DNA from: Candidatus Sigynarchaeum calidifontis
GTDB taxonomy: Archaea; Asgardarchaeota; Lokiarchaeia; Sigyniarchaeales; Sigyniarchaeaceae
Direction: 5' to 3'
NCBI GenBank assembly: GCA_030587475.2
Contig: JAUQYZ020000213.1
Location: 1 to 11,704, forward strand
Length of the DNA: 11,704 nucleotides
The notes under the pieces were generated by a model. It worked only from the letters and a program-made list of their open reading frames with translations, searched no databases and was not told the DNA's origin. The translations under genes were made by a program, and so were the position numbers. Shown here piece after piece: positions 6,542 to 11,704 of this stretch (the first letter of the stretch is position 1; each line of letters opens with the position of its first letter).

Positions 6542-6557
6542 CCGGGGCGCATATAAA
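6542..6557 (-). promoter_or_regulatory. TATA-containing promoter (TTTATATGCGCCCCGG) of leaderless mobB
   Basis: TTTATATG lies 21 nt upstream of ATG 6528. Confidence 0.6.
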
Positions 6558-6600
6558 CCTCGCCGGGGCCACCCGCCTTGCCCGCGGGAAGCCTCTCGTG

Positions 6601-6612
6601 TAATTATAAAAA
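6601..6612 (+). promoter_or_regulatory. Putative TATA box (TAATTATAAAAA) of the Rag-like GTPase gene
   Basis: The strongest AT-rich box on the + strand in this divergent intergenic region. It would imply a 5'-UTR of about 65 nt. Confidence 0.45.
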
Positions 6613-6700
6613 GCCAGCGGGAATGACATCAACTAGCGCATGCGGTCCGTGCCATCGAGCAAGGATCGCCATCCAACCAGAACCGAGGCACAGCCATCCC

Positions 6701-7660
6701 ATGAAACTGTTAATCTTCGGGCCTGCAAACTCAGGAAAAACGTCGTTACTCAAGACCGCGATGGAAAATTCATCGTTCATCTCCGTCGAGAATCTCCCGC
6801 CGACGCGGGGCATTGTCAGGGAAACATACTTGTTCCGCGGGCTCCTGGAAATCTCTGCATGGGATGCGGGCGGCCAGCAAAAGTACCAGGACCGGTATTA
6901 TGGCTCCCAGGAGGAAAATGTCTTCTCCTCGGTCGATCTGCCGATATACATGGTCGACGCGGTCACGGTCGACGACACGGTCCGGCCCGCCTTCGACAAG
7001 TTCGTGAACAAGGTGCTGGAAAAGAACCCCGGCCTCAACATGATCTACGTTTTCATCAACAAGATCGACCTGCCCGACGCGAAGGAGGAGAAGGTGCACG
7101 AGCTCTTGACCAAGGACCTTCCCGCCGATCTGCACAAGAAGCTGTCCTTCACGCCCGTCTCGGTCAAGCAAGGCAGCGCCCAGCAGCGGCTCGTGGCGAT
7201 ATGCGACCAGTTGATCGAGAAGCGCATCGAGAACATGGGCAAGCTCAACAAGCTGCGGGGGATCATCGAGGAATTCAAGGGCTTCGCGAACGGGGCGGAT
7301 TTTCTCCTCTTCAACAAGCGGGACGGGCTCATGATCACGTCCACGCTCGGCAAGTTCTCGACGCAATCGCTGCAATTCATCACGTTCCAGATCTCGGCGC
7401 TCGAATCGAATGTCCACGAGATCTACGCGAGAACCATGGAATTACGCAATAACAAGGTCACGCCGCTGTCGCTCAACACGATCGTCATGGAATCGAGCAC
7501 GAACTTCGTGCTCGCCAAGGAAGTCGAGGAGAAGGCGACGCTCATGGCGATCACGCGGGACAAGAAACTCGAGAGCGTGCAAAAGGTCGTGGAGGTCATC
7601 TCCGACACGAACCCGATCTACGAGAAGCTCATCAACGTGCTCGAGTTCGCCAACTTGTGA
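6701..7660 (+). CDS. Gtr1/RagA-like small GTPase fused to a C-terminal roadblock domain
   Basis: G1 GPANSGKTS, G2 PPT, G3 WDAGGQ followed by the Rag-like segment YQDRYYGSQEENVFSSVDLPIYMVD, G4 NKID, and G5 SVK. The C-terminal helix plus ADFLLFNKRDGLMITST has a roadblock-like pattern. Start at ATG 6701. Confidence 0.85.
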   Translation: MKLLIFGPANSGKTSLLKTAMENSSFISVENLPPTRGIVRETYLFRGLLEISAWDAGGQQKYQDRYYGSQEENVFSSVDLPIYMVDAVTVDDTVRPAFDKFVNKVLEKNPGLNMIYVFINKIDLPDAKEEKVHELLTKDLPADLHKKLSFTPVSVKQGSAQQRLVAICDQLIEKRIENMGKLNKLRGIIEEFKGFANGADFLLFNKRDGLMITSTLGKFSTQSLQFITFQISALESNVHEIYARTMELRNNKVTPLSLNTIVMESSTNFVLAKEVEEKATLMAITRDKKLESVQKVVEVISDTNPIYEKLINVLEFANL

Positions 7661-7667
7661 ATCGGGC

Positions 7668-7674
7668 TTTTTTT
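7668..7674 (+). terminator. Oligo-T (T7) terminator after the GTPase gene
   Basis: A run of seven Ts begins 8 nt after the stop codon; archaeal intrinsic terminators are oligo-T. Confidence 0.5.
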
Positions 7675-7826
7675 CCACCATCCCTGGTTTCGCGCAACCC
7701 CGCGGGGCGTGAATGCTCGTGCCGCAACAAACCATTTAGATGCCGCCGGGGTAGGATCCCGGGACCCGTGCGGTTCCATCACGACCACGCGACGGGCCAG
7801 GAACCGCATCGACAAGAGGCACGGCG

Positions 7827-9359
7827 ATGCTTTCAAGCAAGGGACCGGCAAAATCGAAGATAGCGTGCACGCTCGGGCCGGCAAGCTCGACGGTCGAGCA
7901 GATAGAGGCGCTGGCAGCGAAGGGGATGGACGTGTGCCGCATCAACTTCTCCTACGGCACGATCGCCGGGAACAAGGCGCTCTTCCGGCGCGCGAGGGAA
8001 GCCGACCCGACGCTGGCGGTCATGTGCGACTTGCAAGGGCCGAGGATCCGCATCGGGAACATCGTGACGGGCGTGGCCGTGCTCGAAACAGGCCAGGATT
8101 TCACCTTGACCTCCGAAGACGTCGCCGGGGATTCCAAGCGCGTTTCCATCAGCAGCAAAACCTTGCCCGCCAGGGTGAAGCCGGGCGACCGCATCTTCAT
8201 CAGCGACGGGCTGGTCGCGCTGCGCGTGCAAGGCGTGTCGGCGACGGCGATCGACTGCAAGGTCGTGGCGGGGGGTTCCATCTCGAGCAACAAGGGCGTC
8301 AACGTGCCGGGGATCGACCTGGCGGAGAAGGTGCCGACCGAGACGGATATCGGGATCTTGAAGGAGATAGCAGCCCTCGATCCCGAGTACGTGGCGATCT
8401 CGTGGGTCAAGGCCGCGGCGGAGATCATCAAGACCCGCGACATCATCGCCGACGCGGGCAATGGCCAGATCAAGTTGATCGCGAAGATCGAGCACCCGGC
8501 GGCGCTGCGGAACTTCGACGCCATCCTGGAGGCGTCCGACGGCATCCTGATCGGTCGCGGGAGCCTGGGCGTCGAGGTGCCGTTCGAGAAGCTCATCCCC
8601 GAGCAGAAACAGATCGTGAAAAAAACGAACCGCGCGGGAAAACCCGTCATCGTTGCCACGCAGATGCTGGAATCCATGGTATCGGCGCCCGTGCCCACCC
8701 GCGCTGAGGTCTCGGATGTCTTCAACGCCATCGAGGACGGCGCTGACGCCGTGATGCTCTCCGCGGAGACCGCGGCCGGCAAGTACCCGCTGAACGCCGT
8801 GGAGGCCATGAGCCGCATCATCCAGGTGTCGTCGGATTACATTCCCCCCAGGCACCCGGACGAGTACGACACGAGACCTGCCGGGAAGGCGGAGATCATC
8901 GGCCATCTCGTGTTCGACGCGTGCAACGAGCTGGCCAGGAATTGCTGCGCGGGTGCATCCCCGGAAGATATGCACGACAAGATGCGGGACGTCAAGATCC
9001 TCACCTTCACGCACACGGGGCTGACGGCGCGCATGGTCTCGAAGTACCGGCCGCCCGTGCCCATCATCGCCATCACGCCCGAGCAGCGGACCGCGCGGGA
9101 ACTGCGGCTCGTGTGGGGCATCGAGGCCGTGTACATGCCAGGCTTCGACCCCGCCGAGAGCATGCGCAAGCGCCTCGTGGCGGCGGTTGAATGGCTCGTC
9201 GACAAGGGCATCGTGAGCGAGGATGACACGTTCATCATCACGGGGAACCTGGATTATGCATTAGCCAAGACCAATCTCGTGTCGATTTTCTCTGCCCGCG
9301 AGATCTTCGACATGATGGGCGATGCGGCGAGCGGCCCGGCGGATGACGGCCACGCTTGA
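7827..9359 (+). CDS. pyk: Pyruvate kinase homologue with active-site substitutions (RGD->RGS, NFSH->NFSY)
   Basis: KIACTLGPAS, DLQGP.IR, NKGVN, IAKIE, ATQMLESM, PTRAEVSDV.NAI.DGADAVMLSAETA.GKYP, and a C-domain with TARMVSKYRP and LVWG. Confidence 0.93.
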   Translation: MLSSKGPAKSKIACTLGPASSTVEQIEALAAKGMDVCRINFSYGTIAGNKALFRRAREADPTLAVMCDLQGPRIRIGNIVTGVAVLETGQDFTLTSEDVAGDSKRVSISSKTLPARVKPGDRIFISDGLVALRVQGVSATAIDCKVVAGGSISSNKGVNVPGIDLAEKVPTETDIGILKEIAALDPEYVAISWVKAAAEIIKTRDIIADAGNGQIKLIAKIEHPAALRNFDAILEASDGILIGRGSLGVEVPFEKLIPEQKQIVKKTNRAGKPVIVATQMLESMVSAPVPTRAEVSDVFNAIEDGADAVMLSAETAAGKYPLNAVEAMSRIIQVSSDYIPPRHPDEYDTRPAGKAEIIGHLVFDACNELARNCCAGASPEDMHDKMRDVKILTFTHTGLTARMVSKYRPPVPIIAITPEQRTARELRLVWGIEAVYMPGFDPAESMRKRLVAAVEWLVDKGIVSEDDTFIITGNLDYALAKTNLVSIFSAREIFDMMGDAASGPADDGHA

Positions 9360-9633
9360 TCCAGCCCTTGCTCATTTGCACGGACATGGTGCGATTTTCC
9401 ATGCAATTGATCGATCCAAACATCCTTGCGACGCGACTTGTACCGGGATCGGTACCATTCGAGGAAGAAATGCCTTGTTTCGCGCGATTGCCACGCGTCT
9501 AGCAGTTCTATCGGGAAACACGGGAGGTTCATTTTCTCGTTAGAGGCGAATTTCCGCATAAAACGCTACAAGCAATTATTTAACCATTCGGACAAATTTT
9601 AGCACATAAATCGTTTTGCGAGATTGATCGATC

Positions 9634-11073
9634 ATGAGTTTTGACGACATGCCTACTGGCGTAGGACCAGTTTATGAAGGCGAAAGAATCCGAGGTGACC
9701 AAACATATGTCGAGATGGGAGGTCCCAAGATAGAAGAGAAATTTGAATTAGCTCGCGTGGTTTCCAAGGAAAAAATAGAAGATGGACGCGTCTCCATAGT
9801 CGGACCAGATATCGACAACCTTAAGGAAGGGAGCATTATACCTTGGGGGATTGTTATCGAGATGGCTGGTCAGAAGCTTGAAGTAGATTTGGAAGGCGTC
9901 ATGGAGCGCCGCATTCACGAATTTACCAATTATATTGAAGGCGTGATGCACCTCAATCAGCGGGATCAGGTATGGCTCCGTATTTCCAAGGCGGCGGTCA
10001 AGAAGGGTTTAAACAGCTTCAAGTTCATCGGCACCATCCTTATCCGCTTGTACAAGGCGGAACTTCCCATCGTCGAAAAGGCGCAAGTCACCATCTACAC
10101 GGACAAGGACAAGCTGAAACCGGCCTATGATGCCGCGATGAAGATCTACGAGGCCCGCGACGAGAAGGTCCGGGGCATGACCGACGAGGCCGTTAGCGAC
10201 TTCTACGGCTGCGTGCTCTGCCAGTCCTTCGCGCCCACGCACTGCTGCATCGTCACGCCCGAGCGCACCGGGCTTTGCGGCGCCATCAACTACTTCGATG
10301 CCCGGGCAAGTGCGCGGGTCGATCCAAAAGGCCCGAACTTTGTTGTTGCCAAGGGAAAAGTCATTGACGAGAATATCGGCGAGTTCGAGGGCGTGAATGC
10401 GACCCTGGACAAGCGATCGCTCGGCGAGGTCAAGCGCGTGGCGCTCTACTCGGCCATGCAGTTCCCGCACACGAGTTGCGGCTGCTTCGAGGCCATCGTT
10501 TTCGCCATACCCGAGGTCGGTGGCATGGGCATCGTCGACCGCAATTTCAAGGGTTCCGCCATCAACGGCCTCCCGTTCAGCGGCATGGCCAACCAGACCG
10601 GCGGCGGCAAGCAAGTCGCGGGCTTCCACGGCGTCGCCATCAACTATCTCACGTCGAAAAAATTCATCCGGGCCGATGGTGGCTGGAATGCCATCGTCTG
10701 GATGCCGGCCAAGGTCAAGGAACGCATCAAGAACGGCATCCCGGCCGATATCGTGGACAAGGTCGCCACGGAGAACGATGCGACCGACCTCGACGGGCTC
10801 ATCAAGTTCATGAAGGCCAAGGGGCACCCGCTCGCCGCGAAGCTGGCGGAGGCCGAGGCACCGGCCGCGGAGGAGGCAGCCCCTGCCGAGGCCGCTGGCG
10901 GCGCGGACATGGTACCCGCGGGCGGCATCCCGGTCGGCACGATCCAGATGGCCATGCCCGGGGTCGGCGGCGGCATGGGCTTCAAGCTCATCCTCAAGAA
11001 CGCCAAGATCCACGCCGAGAAGATCATCATCAAGAGGATGGAAGCGCCCGGCGCGGCACCGAAGAAAAAGTGA
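9634..11073 (+). CDS. cdhC: Acetyl-CoA decarbonylase/synthase (CODH/ACS) beta subunit, acetyl-CoA synthase
   Basis: YEGERIR, ERRIHEF.NYIEGVMHLNQRD, A-cluster ligands FYGCVLCQSFAP.H.C.VTPER..LCG and HTSCGCFE, an Ala/Glu/Pro linker, and the archaeal tail LKNAKIHAEKIII. Confidence 0.97.
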   Translation: MSFDDMPTGVGPVYEGERIRGDQTYVEMGGPKIEEKFELARVVSKEKIEDGRVSIVGPDIDNLKEGSIIPWGIVIEMAGQKLEVDLEGVMERRIHEFTNYIEGVMHLNQRDQVWLRISKAAVKKGLNSFKFIGTILIRLYKAELPIVEKAQVTIYTDKDKLKPAYDAAMKIYEARDEKVRGMTDEAVSDFYGCVLCQSFAPTHCCIVTPERTGLCGAINYFDARASARVDPKGPNFVVAKGKVIDENIGEFEGVNATLDKRSLGEVKRVALYSAMQFPHTSCGCFEAIVFAIPEVGGMGIVDRNFKGSAINGLPFSGMANQTGGGKQVAGFHGVAINYLTSKKFIRADGGWNAIVWMPAKVKERIKNGIPADIVDKVATENDATDLDGLIKFMKAKGHPLAAKLAEAEAPAAEEAAPAEAAGGADMVPAGGIPVGTIQMAMPGVGGGMGFKLILKNAKIHAEKIIIKRMEAPGAAPKKK

Positions 11074-11094
11074 GCGAGCGAGGCGTGATCTCCC

Positions 11095-11646
11095 ATGTCC
11101 CCACAAGCAAAGCCTTGGCAAAAAACCGCCCAAGCCGGGCCCGAGATGGGCGTCGCGGTCTTCGACCCAAACGTGGTCGCCACGATCATCAAGGAGGCGA
11201 AGAAGCCCGTGCTGGTGATCGGTGCCACGAGCCTCAAGCTCAAGGTGGGCAACGAGCCCTACATCGCCGTTCTCTTGCGTCTCGCGAAGGCTGCGAACTT
11301 GCCCATCGTGGCGACTGCCCATGCCAACAAGTACATCGTGGACAACAACATCACGGGCCTCAACGTGCACGTCATGCCACTCACGAACCTCACGAACCGG
11401 CTCGAGGACGACCGCGAGTGGCCGGGCCTCGATGGAAAAGGCAAGCCCGACCTCGTCATCTTCGCCGGCATCACGACGTATTACATCTCCCAGATGCTGT
11501 CTTGCCTGAAGAACTTCACGGCGCGGCTCCAGACGCTCACGCTCGATAACGAGTACCAGCCGAACGCCCGCTTCAGCCTCGGGAACGTCAACGACGACGA
11601 GTGGAAGAAATTCCTCGACGCGGTCATCGCGAAGTTCGCGAAATAA
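11095..11646 (+). CDS. cdhB: ACDS/CODH epsilon subunit
   Basis: PWQ.A..GP, IKEAKKPVLVIG, PIVATA, W.GLDGKGKPDLVIF.G..YY.SQ.LS.LKNF, TL...YQPNA.FS. An SD-like GAGGCGTGA lies upstream. Confidence 0.93.
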   Translation: MSPQAKPWQKTAQAGPEMGVAVFDPNVVATIIKEAKKPVLVIGATSLKLKVGNEPYIAVLLRLAKAANLPIVATAHANKYIVDNNITGLNVHVMPLTNLTNRLEDDREWPGLDGKGKPDLVIFAGITTYYISQMLSCLKNFTARLQTLTLDNEYQPNARFSLGNVNDDEWKKFLDAVIAKFAK

Positions 11647-11649
11647 CCG

Positions 11650-11672
11650 TTTCCTTTCTTCATTCATTTTTC
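11650..11672 (+). terminator. U-rich terminator after cdhB
   Basis: TTTCCTTTCTTCATTCATTTTTC directly follows the stop codon. Confidence 0.5.
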
Positions 11673-11704
11673 ATGGCAATTTCCGCCCCGATCACCCTCT
11701 CCCC

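Noticed and set aside
6578-6700. 41-aa N-terminal extension of the GTPase given by the ORF track
   Set aside because: It starts at a TTG upstream of the putative TATA box. The G domain begins cleanly at MKLLIFG (ATG 6701).
8028-8210. DLQGPRIR and SDG variants in pyk as further signs of inactivation
   Set aside because: DLQGP(K/R) is the known K+-independent PK signature and the first residue of xDG varies naturally, so these were not counted as defects.
9440-9455. Inverted repeat GTACCG-GGAT-CGGTAC between pyk and cdhC
   Set aside because: Only 6 bp, far from either gene boundary, and with no second copy; compatible with chance.
10843-11073. Ala/Glu/Pro-rich linker and C-terminal KNAKIHAEKIII tail of CdhC as a novel domain
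   Set aside because: An acidic flexible linker plus this short tail is a usual feature of archaeal ACDS beta subunits.
7709-11667. Long alternative-frame and antisense ORFs (e.g. 7709..8707 +, 7833..9014 -, 7952..8821 -, 10009..11667 -, 10476..11549 +), and similar ones across the window
   Set aside because: They are shadows of real high-GC genes: they overlap pyk, cdhC or cdhB, show Arg/Gly/Ala-rich or antisense-typical composition, and have no recognisable motifs.
1-11704. CRISPR array, rRNA, transposase or integrase
   Set aside because: No regularly spaced repeats, rRNA-like segments or recombinase motifs were seen.

Overview
Archaeal window, most likely from a high-GC Asgard archaeon (Lokiarchaeia-like). 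This assignment is inferred from archaeal ribosomal, RNA polymerase and ACDS genes together with a Rag-type GTPase-roadblock fusion. In order, it contains: a small Zn-ribbon protein, rpoN(rpo10), rps28e and rpl7ae on the - strand, with a tandem double kink-turn covering the rpl7ae Shine-Dalgarno; a Zn-finger protein and a SAM methyltransferase (+); an alpha/beta hydrolase (-); a stand-alone uDENN/longin-like protein (+); an AT-richer patch with a DUF5678-like gene and a decayed DUF433/DUF5615(PIN) toxin-antitoxin pair; an Asp-variant dicluster ferredoxin and mobB (-); a Gtr1/RagA-like GTPase with a C-terminal roadblock domain (+); a pyruvate kinase homologue that has lost the metal-binding Asp (RGD->RGS) and the NFSH His (+); and cdhC-cdhB of the Wood-Ljungdahl ACDS complex (+). 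The most interesting signals are the possibly non-canonical or pseudo-enzymatic pyruvate kinase next to the Rag-like GTPase, the uDENN-like protein about 2.3 kb away, and the double k-turn L7Ae autoregulatory leader. All family calls were made by eye from motifs; no database search was run.
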